Below are positions 16,338-34,048 of a stretch of DNA of 64,000 nucleotides, piece after piece (within the stretch, counting starts at the first letter, position 1; each line of letters opens with the position of its first letter). The notes beneath the pieces were generated by a model. That model had not been told where the DNA came from. It ran no database searches and saw only the letters and a program-made list of their open reading frames with translations. The DNA comes from Hyalangium minutum (GTDB lineage Bacteria; Myxococcota; Myxococcia; Myxococcales; Myxococcaceae), in assembly GCF_000737315.1 (NCBI RefSeq), contig NZ_JMCB01000013.1, positions 1-64,000 of the forward strand, read 5' to 3'. The translations under genes and the position numbers were made by a program.

Positions 16338-18746
16338 ATGGTTGCGCACGATCAGTCGATCTTGATCGTCCACCCGGACCCCATGGTTCGCGCCGGCCTG
16401 GTGGCGGCGCTGGCCCCCCGGCAAATCATCGCAGTCTCGACTCGAGACGATGCGGCCCGCACCCTGGCGGAGCGGGTGCCCGACGTGGTGCTTGCCGATG
16501 CGATGGAGGCCCGGCGCTTCATCCGGGATCTGGATCGGCTGGCGCCCCGCGCCATGCGCGTCTTCCTGTGCCCCAAGTCACAGTCGGATGCCATGCGTGA
16601 GCTGGTGGACGTGGCCTCCGAGGGCCATGAGTTCCACACCGTGGATCCCACCCTCCCCGTGGACGAGATGAGCCGCAACCTGAGTGCGCTCATGCGCCAG
16701 CGCTCCTCGCGGCGCATCCCCACGGTAGGGCTCGAGGCCTCCTTCCAGGTGGACGGCTTGCAGCTGCAGGCCCAGTGCCTCAACGTCGGCAACGAGGGCT
16801 TCCTGCTGAAGCTGCCGGTGGATGCGCCCATCGAGCGCCTGCCGCCCGGTACCCGCCTCTTTGATCTGCGCGTGGAGCGCTCCGGCAAGATGGTGCTGCG
16901 CGCCGTGGGTGGCTTCGTGCGGCACATCGGACTGGAGCGCTCGCAGGGCGATGCGTTCTTCCGCGTCGGCGTCCAGATGGAGCGCCCGGGCGCCAGCATC
17001 GGGTACGTGGAGCTGGCGACCTTGGATGATCGGGTGCGCGTGCTCGCGGTGCTGCGGCGCGCGGTGCGGCAGGGCCTGCTCCAGTGCACGCTGGTGCAGG
17101 GCGTCCGGCGGCGGGAGGAGCTGGCTGCATCGCTCATCGAGGGCGAGGACGCCGCCCGGCCGGTGCTGCGGTGCGAGGGCCCCCAGCACTGGTCCGTCAC
17201 GGCCGGGGATGTGGTGGAGGTGGTCTTCGATCTGAGCGGCAAGAGCTACCGGGGGTTCGCCGCCGTGCTCCGGACCGAGCCGAGCGGCTTCCTCCTGTCG
17301 CTGCCGCGCAGCCTGTCTGTCTACCACCGGCGCTCCAGCACGCGCTTCCGGGCGGGGGAGGATCAGCCCTTCGCCGTCTCCTTCGTGTCGCCGCTCACCC
17401 AGGAGCGCATCATCCACCCGGTGATGGACCTGCACTCGGTGGGGCTGTCCTTCGTGTACGACGCGGCCCGCGAGGTGCTCCCGGCGGGGCTCGTCATCGA
17501 CGACTTCATGCTGGTGATGCCGGACGGGACGCAGGCGCGCTGCAGCGCGGAGGTGCGCGACAACGCGGCCTTGCTCGACCACACGGCGGGCGGCATGGCC
17601 CGTCCGTTCCGCTGCGGTGTGCGGCTGCTCAACGTGCAGCCCGAGGCCCGCGAGGCCGTCATCAACGCCTTCATCCAGGCCCGCTGCCCCCAGGTGCGCG
17701 ATGGAGGCGCCGAGCCCTTCCGGAACGTCTGGGACCTGGCGAAGACCGTGCACATGTTCCACCCGGACTACCCCTTCGAAGAGGGGCCCCACATGCAGGT
17801 GCTCGAGGATGCGCACCGCAAGCTGGGCGAGGCCGGCGAAGGGCTGATGCGCACGTTCGTCTACTGCGACGGGCCGAAGCTCCTGGGCCACATCTCCGGT
17901 GTGAGGACGCACTCGCGCACGTGGATGATCCAGCACCTCATGGTGCTGCCCACCGTGCGCCGCGGCGAGAGCATCTCGCGGGACCTGTCCTCCCTCTGCG
18001 TGGACTACGCCGAGGCCCAGGAGGATCTGAACTACCTGCGCATCTTCTGGCGCATCCAGAACAAGTGGCCCGATCGCATCTTCGGGTGGATCGCCCGCTC
18101 CATGGCGAGCGAGGGGCTCACGGAGCTGCGCAACCTCAACTACACGCGGCTGTCCTTCACCCAGCCGCTGCGCACGCGCAAGGGACTGCCCCCGGTGCGG
18201 CCCGCCACTCCGGAGGATCTGCGCTGGCTGGAGGCCCACATCCGCGGGCGTGGCGAGGTGGTGCGCCTGCTGGCGGATGATCTGCTCGCCAGCGAGGCCC
18301 AACTGCAGACGCTCTCCGCGCGCTACGCCAAGGATGGGCTGCGGCGCGGGCGCTCCATCTTCGTCGTGGATGGGGAGCAGGGGCCGCTGGCCCTGGCGCT
18401 GGCGGACGAGGCCACGCCGGGCCTGAGCTGGCCGGAGATGACCACCGGGTTCTCCTTCGTCGTGCCGGATCCGGCGCACCCCCGGGCGGCCGAGGCGCGT
18501 GAGGCGCTCGCGGCCCGCTGCGTGGAGCACTACCGCGAGCAGGGCAAGCGCTCGGCGCTGGCGCTCGTGCAGGATGACGAGGTGGAGGGGCTGGTGGCGC
18601 TCGGGTTCCGGTGGCACTGCCGCGTGGCCCAGTGGACCGTCCATCGCCGCGTCGCTCGCACCTGGCACATGCTGATGGCCGCCGTCTTCGAGCGCCTCCA
18701 GAACCGCGCCGCGCGCAAGCCGGAGGATGGAGACCGCAACGCGTGA
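16338..18746 (+). CDS. Degenerate receiver-like domain + two PilZ domains + C-terminal GNAT-fold acyltransferase; probable ortholog of M. xanthus PixB
   Basis: AGGAGGT RBS before ATG 16338. RxxxR motifs RSSRR and RSSTR are followed by NVGNEG and DLHSVG. GNAT-like C-terminus LLGHISGVRTHSRTWMIQHLMVLP..RR. The domain order matches my recollection of PixB, as does the position near nadA/uvrA. Confidence 0.7.
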   Translation: MVAHDQSILIVHPDPMVRAGLVAALAPRQIIAVSTRDDAARTLAERVPDVVLADAMEARRFIRDLDRLAPRAMRVFLCPKSQSDAMRELVDVASEGHEFHTVDPTLPVDEMSRNLSALMRQRSSRRIPTVGLEASFQVDGLQLQAQCLNVGNEGFLLKLPVDAPIERLPPGTRLFDLRVERSGKMVLRAVGGFVRHIGLERSQGDAFFRVGVQMERPGASIGYVELATLDDRVRVLAVLRRAVRQGLLQCTLVQGVRRREELAASLIEGEDAARPVLRCEGPQHWSVTAGDVVEVVFDLSGKSYRGFAAVLRTEPSGFLLSLPRSLSVYHRRSSTRFRAGEDQPFAVSFVSPLTQERIIHPVMDLHSVGLSFVYDAAREVLPAGLVIDDFMLVMPDGTQARCSAEVRDNAALLDHTAGGMARPFRCGVRLLNVQPEAREAVINAFIQARCPQVRDGGAEPFRNVWDLAKTVHMFHPDYPFEEGPHMQVLEDAHRKLGEAGEGLMRTFVYCDGPKLLGHISGVRTHSRTWMIQHLMVLPTVRRGESISRDLSSLCVDYAEAQEDLNYLRIFWRIQNKWPDRIFGWIARSMASEGLTELRNLNYTRLSFTQPLRTRKGLPPVRPATPEDLRWLEAHIRGRGEVVRLLADDLLASEAQLQTLSARYAKDGLRRGRSIFVVDGEQGPLALALADEATPGLSWPEMTTGFSFVVPDPAHPRAAEAREALAARCVEHYREQGKRSALALVQDDEVEGLVALGFRWHCRVAQWTVHRRVARTWHMLMAAVFERLQNRAARKPEDGDRNA

Positions 18747-19530
18747 GCGCTTATTTGATGGAGTCCGAGTTCGAGTCCCGTCGGCTCGCCGAGCAGGCGA
18801 GGGCGCTCTCGGTGCAGCACCAGCTGAGCACCACGGGCCTGAAGCCCGGGATGAAGGCCCTGGATGCCGGCTGCGGACCTGGCGTCATTACCGCGGACAT
18901 GGCTGGCCTGGTGGGTGCCCAGGGAAGCGTGCTGGGGGTGGACCTCCACCCTCAGCGGCTCGAGGAGGCGCGCGCACACTGCGCGGCTCTGACGCACTGC
19001 TCCTTTCTCCAGGGGGACGTCCGGAAGCTGGCACTCGACAGCGACAGCTTCGACTACGTCTGGTGTCAGTACGTCATCGAGTACCTGCGAGACCCCGAGG
19101 TGGCCCTGGCCGAGCTGCTCCGGGTCACCCGGCCCGGAGGGCGGTTGGTGATCTCCGAGGTGGATGGCCTGGGGCTGCACAACTGGCCCGTCCCTCACGG
19201 GTTCGAGGAGGACAGCCGGAAGTTCATCTCGGCGGTGAGCGCGGCCGGGTTCGACTTCTATATGGGCCGCAAGGTGTTTCACCTCTTCCGCCGGTTGGGC
19301 CTGGAACACATCCGCGTGCACATGTCCCCATTGTGGGTCGTCGCGGGCACCGCGGATGACCGCTTGGTCAGCGACTGGCGGATGCGCTTCACCGCCCTGG
19401 AGCCCATCGTGGCCCCTGCCTTCGGAGGCAAGGAGGCTTACTGGGCCTTCTGCCAGCGCTATCTGGCGCTTCTATCCGATCCAGACGCGTTGAAGTATTC
19501 TGTCCTCCTGATCACGGAAGGACAGAAGCG

Positions 19531-19534
<4 letters not shown>
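18743..19534 (+). CDS. Class I SAM-dependent methyltransferase
   Basis: Motif I ALDAGCGPG, GVDL, QGDVRKL, FDYVW, LRVTRPGGRLVI. The GTG start overlaps the upstream TGA (GTGA 18743-18746); alternative ATG at 18758. Confidence 0.9.
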
Positions 19535-22422
<2,888 letters not shown>

Positions 22423-22426
22423 TGGC

Positions 22427-24712
22427 TCAGGCCGGGACCTGCACGCCCGCCGGGAGATAGCCCTGGCGCTCCAGCCACAGCGCAAGGCCCTCGATGCTGT
22501 CCGGCTCCGGGAGCGGCTGGCCACTGTTCGGGTCCCACTCGCGGATCCGGTCCACGTCGTCACCGGCTTGCGGGAAGTGGCGATCATCCTCATCGCCCTC
22601 CAGCTCCACCTGATGGACGCCCTCCTCGATGAGCCGGTTCAGCTGATCCTCGGACAGCGTCTCCAGGTGCGCGACGAGCTGCTCGGGAGGAATGTTCAGC
22701 GCCTTGGCCACCTCCGCCAGCGCCGGGCCCGCGGGGAAGCCGTCACCGGTGTGGTTCGACAGCTCCTCGGCGAGCTTGGGCGACAGGCCCGCACCCTTGA
22801 GGAAGTCCTCCGCGGGGCCCTCGTGCTTGTTGGCCTCCTGCACGTGCGACCACTGCTGCAGGCCGAAGCCCACCGCGACCAGCACGCCCGCGGCGATCTG
22901 CCCCGCGACCGGCACCGCGTTGGAGAGCGCAGCCGCCGTCAGGATGGCCCCGCCCACCGCGGTGGCGGTGTAGCCCGCGCCGCCCACGTAGTCGCCGTTC
23001 TGGAAAGCCTCCGCCGCGCTGATGCCATCGAGCACCGCGCCCAGGCCTCCGAGCACGCCGGAGGCCCGGCCCGCCAGCGAGGAGATGGAGGCCGCCCGCC
23101 CCGCCACGCCGAGGATCGTCTCGTAGGCGCCGATCCCCGTCTCGAGCGCGCCGCTGATGGCGCCGATCTGATCCTTCAAGTCCAGCTCGTTCCAGTTGGC
23201 CAGATCGCCCGCCGCGCCGATCACCCCAAGCACCGTGGTGAACGCGCCGAAGGCTTGCCCGGCGCGGGTGCTCGGGTCGAGGAACTCCAGCTCCTCGGAC
23301 TGCGTGCGGATCTTGTCCTGGAGCCGCTGGATCTCCGCCGGGTCCGTGGCCGAGGCCAGCGCTGTCACGTCATCCGCCAGCGTCTGCAGCCTGGTGGGAT
23401 CCGTCCCGAGCAGAGCGGCGTGGGTCTTCAGGCCATCCAGCACCGCCTGCGAGCGCTCGGGGTGCACGGCGATGTGTAGGGTGGCGGACTTGAAGAGCGT
23501 CTCCGCCACGCCCTGCTGGAAGCCCACGAGGTCGGCGAAGCCCGCGGCCTCCGTCTCGTCGCTGGCGAGGTCCTTTACCTGCTCGTCGGTGAGGTTCTGC
23601 GCCAGGCCGTTCACCTGCTCGAGGAAGGAGGGCTCACCGCGGCCCTGCGCCTCCAGGGCCTGGGCGATGGCCTCGGAGCCCGCCTGGGTGTCACCCAGCC
23701 GCGGGAACACGTTCACCAGCGCCTTGTTGGCCTCTTCCTCCACGGCCTTCCGGTTCTCCTCGGACAGGCCCGAGGCCGCGCTGCCCTCGCTGGACAGCTG
23801 CGACACCGAGCTCAGCACCTGCGAGAACTCGGCGGCCTCGCGCTCCAGCGCGGCGTAGTCCTCCTGGTGGCGCTCCTTGAAGTCATCGACCGCGGCCTGG
23901 AGCTGCTCCGGGCTGAGCACGCCGCCATAGCTCTGCACCAGGTAGCCCAGCTCTTGATTGAGCTCGTCCACCTTGGCCTGCGCCTCCTCGAACTGGCTGC
24001 GCGCGGTGGAGATGCCCTGCGTCAGCACGTCGGTGAGCTCGTTGGCCGCCTGGGACTTACCCAGCTTGCCCAGCTCGGACACCACCGCCGTGGACAGGTT
24101 CAGCCCCAGCCCCTGCTCGGCGAGATCGTGGAGCGCATCGTCGAACTGGTTCAGGTCGCTCTGCTCCGGCAGGGCCTTGGCCAGAGACTCGCCGAGCTGC
24201 TGCGTCGCCTCGGAGCCGAGGATGTCCGTGGCCTTGGCGAGCGCGGTCAGCGTCTCCTGCGTCTGGCCATCGTCGTTCTCGGAGACGCGGCGGCCGAGAT
24301 CCGTGGCGATGTGATCGATCGTCTCCCGCGAGCCCTCGTAGAGCGCGGCCAGCGCCTCGGGATCCTCTTTGAGGGCCTCGGCCTCGCGCTGCAGAGTCTC
24401 GGCGGCGACGCGGGCGCGCTCGTCCGGAGACGCGTTCTCGTAAGCCTCATGGACACGCTCCGCCGCGGCGGCTCCGGGAGTGGAAGCAGCGGCCGGAGCC
24501 GCTGTATCGGAGGTGGCTGCATACGCGCGAGGGGCGAGGGTGGGGCTGAGCTCAACGGGGGCCTTGGCGCGGGCCGACTGGAAGGTGTCGGCGCGGGAAA
24601 TGGCGGGCGTGAGCGGGGGCGGCTTCACCGGCTCCGGGCGACGGAGCTCCTTCGGTGCTACCTGCTTCTGGATCGGTGGGGAACGGCGGGGGCTCTCGGA
24701 ACGGAGGGACAT
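22427..24712 (-). CDS. Large helical protein with a Gly/Ala-rich hydrophobic C-terminal region; putative secreted pore-former/effector
   Basis: Start reassigned to ATG 24712 (MSLRSESPRRSPP). Low-complexity Pro/Ala N-terminus, acidic helical middle, and a ~140-aa hydrophobic glycine-zipper-like stretch (AFGAFTTVLGVIGAAG...VPVAGQIAAGVLVAVGFG). No Sec signal. Confidence 0.7.
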   Translation of the reverse strand: MSLRSESPRRSPPIQKQVAPKELRRPEPVKPPPLTPAISRADTFQSARAKAPVELSPTLAPRAYAATSDTAAPAAASTPGAAAAERVHEAYENASPDERARVAAETLQREAEALKEDPEALAALYEGSRETIDHIATDLGRRVSENDDGQTQETLTALAKATDILGSEATQQLGESLAKALPEQSDLNQFDDALHDLAEQGLGLNLSTAVVSELGKLGKSQAANELTDVLTQGISTARSQFEEAQAKVDELNQELGYLVQSYGGVLSPEQLQAAVDDFKERHQEDYAALEREAAEFSQVLSSVSQLSSEGSAASGLSEENRKAVEEEANKALVNVFPRLGDTQAGSEAIAQALEAQGRGEPSFLEQVNGLAQNLTDEQVKDLASDETEAAGFADLVGFQQGVAETLFKSATLHIAVHPERSQAVLDGLKTHAALLGTDPTRLQTLADDVTALASATDPAEIQRLQDKIRTQSEELEFLDPSTRAGQAFGAFTTVLGVIGAAGDLANWNELDLKDQIGAISGALETGIGAYETILGVAGRAASISSLAGRASGVLGGLGAVLDGISAAEAFQNGDYVGGAGYTATAVGGAILTAAALSNAVPVAGQIAAGVLVAVGFGLQQWSHVQEANKHEGPAEDFLKGAGLSPKLAEELSNHTGDGFPAGPALAEVAKALNIPPEQLVAHLETLSEDQLNRLIEEGVHQVELEGDEDDRHFPQAGDDVDRIREWDPNSGQPLPEPDSIEGLALWLERQGYLPAGVQVPA

Positions 24713-24875
24713 AAGCTCGCTCTCGGGGGAGTGACTGCTCTCGAATTCCCAGTACGCAAGAAGGGGATATTCGGTTACAGGCACCCCAATCAGCCGAGAG
24801 GAGAGCAGATGTAGGTGAGAGGAATCCGACGAGTTTCCGAGGGCTTGGCCGTTCACCGGCGGCCTTGGCCGAATG

Positions 24876-26861
<1,986 letters not shown>

Positions 26862-26939
26862 GCGTGCCGCATCGAACCGGTCAGGTCACACCCCTGTCAA
26901 GCGCTCCTCCGGGTTCTGCTCCGAGTGAACCCTCGGCGC

Positions 26940-28394
26940 TCACGCCCCCTTGGGCGCGAGGTCCGGCGCGGCGCGCTCGCCCACGGGGATGGGGGCGGCC
27001 TCCTGGTAGTAGTCGCGCACCTGGTAGCCGCGCGCCATGAGCGCCATGCCCACGCCCGCCAGCGCCGCCAGCCCCGCGTAGAAGAAGAACTGCGCCGAGC
27101 CCGTGAAGATGTTGAGCGACGCGGCGATGGCCACCGCCACGTTGGCCAGCGTGGAGTTGAGCAGCCACAGGCTCTGCACCACGCTCTTCATCTCGCGCGG
27201 GGCCTGCGTGTAGGCGAACTCCAGGCCCGTGGTGGACACGAGGATCTCCGCCACCGTGAGTACAATGTACGGGAGGATCTGCCAGGCGATGTTGAGCTTC
27301 GTGCCGCCCTCGATGACGACCTGGTAGTAGCCGGCAACCACATACGAGAGCGCGCCGATCACCAGCCCCAGCGGCATGCGGCGCAGTGGGGTGAGCTCCC
27401 AGCCCATCTTCTGGAACGCGGGGTAGACCACGGCGGCGAGCACGGGGATGAGGATCATCACCAGCGCGGGGTTGATGAACTGCATCTGGCTGGCCTGGAA
27501 GGTGAAGTCGCCCACCTGCGGATCCATGGCCTTGGCCTGCACCACCCACGTGGAGGCCTTCTGATCGAAGAGCATCCAGAAGAAGGGGATGGTGGGCATC
27601 AGCAGCAGGTTGATGCGGAACACGGCGCGCACGCCCTCGATGGCCTCCTGGGGGTGATCCTTGCGCGCGGCCGACAGCCAGCCCTGGCCCGGTGTGCGCT
27701 CCTTGGGGTTGCGCAGCGCCGAGAGGACGACCTTGAGGAACGAGTGCGGGTTCTGTCCCGTGGGCGGGATCATCACGTAGTGATTCCGGCCAGCCCAGTA
27801 GATGACGGTGGCCACGAGCATCAGTGCGCCGGGAATTCCGAAGGCCACCGCGGGCCCGAACTTCTTGAGCGCCAGCGGGATGAAGAGCGAGGCGAAGAAC
27901 GAGCCCAGGTTGATGGACCAATAGAAGATGGCGAAGACCTTCTTCACCAGGTGCTTCTTCTCCGCGGTGAACTGGTCGCCCACCATGGCGGACACGCAGG
28001 GCTTGATGCCGCCCGAGCCCAGCGAGATGAGGAACAGGCCCGTGTAGAAGCCGTAGATGTTGTCCACGAAGAGCGCGAGGCAGAACTGGCCCACGCAGTA
28101 CAGCAGGCTCAGCCAGAAGATGACGCGGTACTTCCCGAGGAACCGGTCCGCCAGGTACCCGCCGAACAGCGGGAAGAAGTAGACCCCCGACATGAACAGG
28201 TGGAAGTGGGACTTGGCGGTGGCCTCCCGCATGGCCGGATCCGGGTTCACGTTCCTCAGCAGGTAGTCCATGAGGAACACCATGAGGATGTTCCGCATCC
28301 CGTAGAAGCTGAAGCGCTCGCAGATCTCCTGGCCGATGATGAAGGGGATCTGCGGCGGGAAGCGGTTGCTCGTCGCGGGGGTGGTCTCAGCCAT
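26940..28394 (-). CDS. POT/PTR family di-/tripeptide:H+ symporter (SLC15/PepT-like subgroup)
   Basis: QEICERFSFYGMR, GGYLADRFLGKY, GSGGIKPCVSAMVGDQF, FYWSINLGS, FDQKAS.W, GLEFAYTQAPREMKS. Confidence 0.95.
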   Translation of the reverse strand: MAETTPATSNRFPPQIPFIIGQEICERFSFYGMRNILMVFLMDYLLRNVNPDPAMREATAKSHFHLFMSGVYFFPLFGGYLADRFLGKYRVIFWLSLLYCVGQFCLALFVDNIYGFYTGLFLISLGSGGIKPCVSAMVGDQFTAEKKHLVKKVFAIFYWSINLGSFFASLFIPLALKKFGPAVAFGIPGALMLVATVIYWAGRNHYVMIPPTGQNPHSFLKVVLSALRNPKERTPGQGWLSAARKDHPQEAIEGVRAVFRINLLLMPTIPFFWMLFDQKASTWVVQAKAMDPQVGDFTFQASQMQFINPALVMILIPVLAAVVYPAFQKMGWELTPLRRMPLGLVIGALSYVVAGYYQVVIEGGTKLNIAWQILPYIVLTVAEILVSTTGLEFAYTQAPREMKSVVQSLWLLNSTLANVAVAIAASLNIFTGSAQFFFYAGLAALAGVGMALMARGYQVRDYYQEAAPIPVGERAAPDLAPKGA

Positions 28395-28753
28395 GCGGGG
28401 GCATCTCGGCGGAAATGTGGAGGTCCAAAGACGGGGCCCTTGTGCCTATCCCAGGGGTGAGGCTCGACACAACCCCCGGTGCCGGGAGGTTCAGCTCGGG
28501 CTGGGCGTGGCGACACTTTCGGGCTTGCTCGCTGGCGCCGGAGCCAGCGAGCGGCCCAGACAGTCCTGGTCCGGCAAGAGGGGTGGGGTCGCCCGAGGCC
28601 GGTACTCCCAGTGCCAGGGTTCAGAGCGCACCGTGCGTTTGATCTCGACTCCTGTCCGAGGGGACAGGACAGGGCTCTCGCGTACTTATTCCTATTTGAC
28701 AAAGGGCAGGGGAGTACGGGCCCGGCTGGCCGCCCGGTATTAGATAGGAGGGG

Positions 28754-29179
28754 ATGGACCTCACGAGACCCACGCCGACAGAGCCTGCCGTGACCGAGGT
28801 GGGGAGTCCGCGCGCCCGGTTCTTCTACAAGGTGCTCGGCTTCGTCTTCGTGGGGCTTGGGGTGCTGGGGGCGGTCTTGCCGCTGCTGCCCACCACGCCG
28901 TTCCTGCTCGTGGCGCTATGGGCCTTCTCTCGCAGCTCGCGCCGCTTCCACCACTGGCTGTACACGCACCCGCGCTTCGGGTCTCGGCTCCAGGAGTGGC
29001 ACGAGTACGGCATCGTGCCGGTCAAGGTGAAGGTGAGCGCCATCTCCGCGATGCTCGTGAGCCTGGCGCTCATGGTCTTCGTCATGCACGCGAAGTGGTA
29101 CGTGATTGCCACTTCGGGCGTGTTCATGCTCATCGGCGCCACGTACGTGCTCAGCCGTCCGAGCCGCCCGCGCTCCTGA
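28754..29179 (+). CDS. YbaN/DUF454 family inner membrane protein
   Basis: [42 protein letters not shown]; RBS GGAGGG. Confidence 0.9.
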   Translation: MDLTRPTPTEPAVTEVGSPRARFFYKVLGFVFVGLGVLGAVLPLLPTTPFLLVALWAFSRSSRRFHHWLYTHPRFGSRLQEWHEYGIVPVKVKVSAISAMLVSLALMVFVMHAKWYVIATSGVFMLIGATYVLSRPSRPRS

Positions 29180-29247
29180 GCAGGGGAGCGGTGGGGTAGA
29201 CCCAAGTCTGGCCCAGGGATTACCTTCTCAGGGTCAGGAGTCCCGCC

Positions 29248-29829
29248 ATGCGTTCCCTTGATGCGCTTGAGTCCAGCCTGATTGCTCCAAGGCGCTTCAC
29301 GCTCGAGGAGTATCACCGCCTGCTCCATGTCGGAGTGCTCGGAGAGGATGAGCACGTCGAGCTGTTGGAGGGGCTCATCGTCGATATGGCACCGCAGGGC
29401 CGACCACACGCGCTGGCGATCTCTCGATTGACGGAGTTCTTCATGGCCGCGCGCAGGCCCGACTGCCGGGTTCGTGTTCAGCTGCCGCTCTCGCTTCGTG
29501 AGGACAGCGAGCCGGAGCCTGATCTGGCGGTCGTGACCCGCGAGGAAGAGGATCGGGCGCAGGAGCATCCCCACACCGCGCTTCTCGTGGTGGAGGTAGC
29601 AGCGGAGTCGCTGCGCGCCGACCGCTTGCTGAAGGGCCGGGTCTACGCGCGCGCTGGCATCCCCGAGTACTGGGTAGCGGATGTGGAGGGCAGGGTGGTG
29701 GAGGTCTACACCGCACCGGATGCCGTCCAGAACCGTTACCTGGGGATGCGCACTGTGGGAGCGGGCGAGTCGCTGGGCTCACCCGCCCTCCCTGGACTGG
29801 CTCTTCGCGTAGGCGAGCTTTTCGCCTGA
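29248..29829 (+). CDS. Uma2 / DUF820 putative endonuclease (PD-(D/E)xK fold)
   Basis: FTLEEYHRL...VELLEG.IV.M, EPEPDLAVV, LLVVEVA..SL..DR..K..YARAGIPEYW. Confidence 0.9.
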   Translation: MRSLDALESSLIAPRRFTLEEYHRLLHVGVLGEDEHVELLEGLIVDMAPQGRPHALAISRLTEFFMAARRPDCRVRVQLPLSLREDSEPEPDLAVVTREEEDRAQEHPHTALLVVEVAAESLRADRLLKGRVYARAGIPEYWVADVEGRVVEVYTAPDAVQNRYLGMRTVGAGESLGSPALPGLALRVGELFA

Positions 29830-29844
29830 GCCAGACCGCAGGTC

Positions 29845-32769
<2,925 letters not shown>

Positions 32770-32789
32770 ATTGGGCGCGTGCTCTAGCA

Positions 32790-32806
32790 CTGAAAGGGTG
32801 TTCCGT
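32790..32806. promoter_or_regulatory. Possible Myxococcus-type LexA (SOS) box upstream of uvrA
   Basis: CTGAAAGGGTGTTCCGT matches 14/17 positions of the M. xanthus LexA consensus as I recall it (CTRHAMRYBYGTTCAGS); 20 bp upstream of the uvrA ATG. Confidence 0.35.
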
Positions 32807-32930
32807 TAGCGCACTTTCTGAAACTTGTGGCTGGAGTGTTCGGGAACAGCCCGGATTTCAAGGTGATTTCCAGCCGTACCGGTGGCCTCTGGGGCCCCAA
32901 GGCATTCCGCGTTACGGTGCGCGCACTTTC

Positions 32931-33845
32931 ATGAAGGGCTTCGACATCCCCGAGCGCTGGCGTGGCCTGCCGCTGCTCGTCTTCGCCAGCTTCCTCTTCG
33001 CCCTGATGGCGCTCTGCGCCCGCCTGCTCGCCGGTCTGCTCTCCGTGGGGCAGGTGGTGTGCGGCCGCTTCGTCGTCGGCCTGCTCTTCCTGGCCGTCTA
33101 CTACCCGGTCATGCGGCGCAAGCCTCGCTTCGGACGGCCCACCCTCTGGGCCCTGCGCGGCATCTTCGGCGGCGCCTCCGTCTACCTCTATTTCTATTGC
33201 ATCGAGCAGCTCGCGGTGGGGCCCGCTGTCCTCCTCAACGCCTGCTGGCCCATCTTCGGCTCCATCCTCGGCTTCTTCTTCCTGGACGAGCGCGTCAGCG
33301 GAAACCTGCTGGGCGGTCTCATCGCCGCCACCGTGGGCGCGGGGCTCGTCATCTGGGGCACCGCGCTGGAGATGCCCACGCTCTCGTTCGGCGTGGGCGC
33401 GGGGGCGGGTGTCCTCTCGGCCGTCTTCAGCGGCGCGGCCGTCGTCGCCATGCGCGCGCTGCGCAACGACACGGATGCGGCCACCGTCTTCCTGTCCTTC
33501 TGCGCCTTCGGCCTGCTGTTCGGCCTGCCGTTCGCGCTGGCGGACTGGCGGCCTCTCACCTCCTATACGGTGCTGGTGCTGGTGGCGCTGGGGCTCACCT
33601 CGGCGGCGGCGCAGATGATCTTCACCTACGCCATGGGCTACGTCACCACGGCCATGGGCGGCGTGGGCTCGCAGCTCACGCCTGTTTTCTCCTGGATGCT
33701 CGGGGCCTTTCTCCTCGCCGAGCCCGCGGCGCCGCTCGCGCTGCTCGGTGCGGCGGTGTGCGTGGGCGGTGTGCTCTGGGGCACAGGCATCTTGGGCAAG
33801 CTGCTCGCTCCAGCGCCCAAGCCCTCAGGCCGGCCCAGCACGTAG
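32931..33845 (+). CDS. EamA/DMT family transporter
   Basis: About 10 TM helices with an internal repeat; RF..G, LRG..G, A.LLN...PIF..ILG..FL.E. Confidence 0.9.
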   Translation: MKGFDIPERWRGLPLLVFASFLFALMALCARLLAGLLSVGQVVCGRFVVGLLFLAVYYPVMRRKPRFGRPTLWALRGIFGGASVYLYFYCIEQLAVGPAVLLNACWPIFGSILGFFFLDERVSGNLLGGLIAATVGAGLVIWGTALEMPTLSFGVGAGAGVLSAVFSGAAVVAMRALRNDTDAATVFLSFCAFGLLFGLPFALADWRPLTSYTVLVLVALGLTSAAAQMIFTYAMGYVTTAMGGVGSQLTPVFSWMLGAFLLAEPAAPLALLGAAVCVGGVLWGTGILGKLLAPAPKPSGRPST

Positions 33846-33994
33846 CGCGGTAAGAATTCTTCCGTCCACCGCCGAGCATTCCTGCAAAATTTTCCGCGAC
33901 GTGGGGTCTGGGTACTTTCTTTCCACACCCGGGCCGGGTTTTTACTCACGGTATCCGGCCCGTTTGCCTCGTTGACTCCTCGTCTCCTCCGAGT

Positions 33995-34010
33995 GGGCAT
34001 CAACGTTGCA
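33995..34010 (+). promoter_or_regulatory. Putative sigma-54 promoter for the VWA/Ig lipoprotein gene
   Basis: GGGCATCAACGTTGCA: GG(33996-97)-N10-GC(34008-09) with TTGCA, 38 bp before ATG 34049 (RBS GGGAGG). Confidence 0.55.
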
Positions 34011-34048
34011 CATGCCTCTCCCGACGCAGGTTTCGGGAGGCGGCGATT

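Noticed and set aside
29248-29829. Uma2 nuclease as an anti-phage defence system
   Set aside because: It is a solitary gene from a family with many scattered paralogues in myxobacteria, with no methylase or other defence genes next to it.
34018-34040. Hairpin CTCCCGA/TCGGGAG sequestering the SD of the VWA lipoprotein gene (possible riboswitch or thermometer)
   Set aside because: If the adjacent sigma-54 promoter is real, transcription starts near 34021, inside the 5' arm, so the stem would mostly not form. There is no aptamer-like context.
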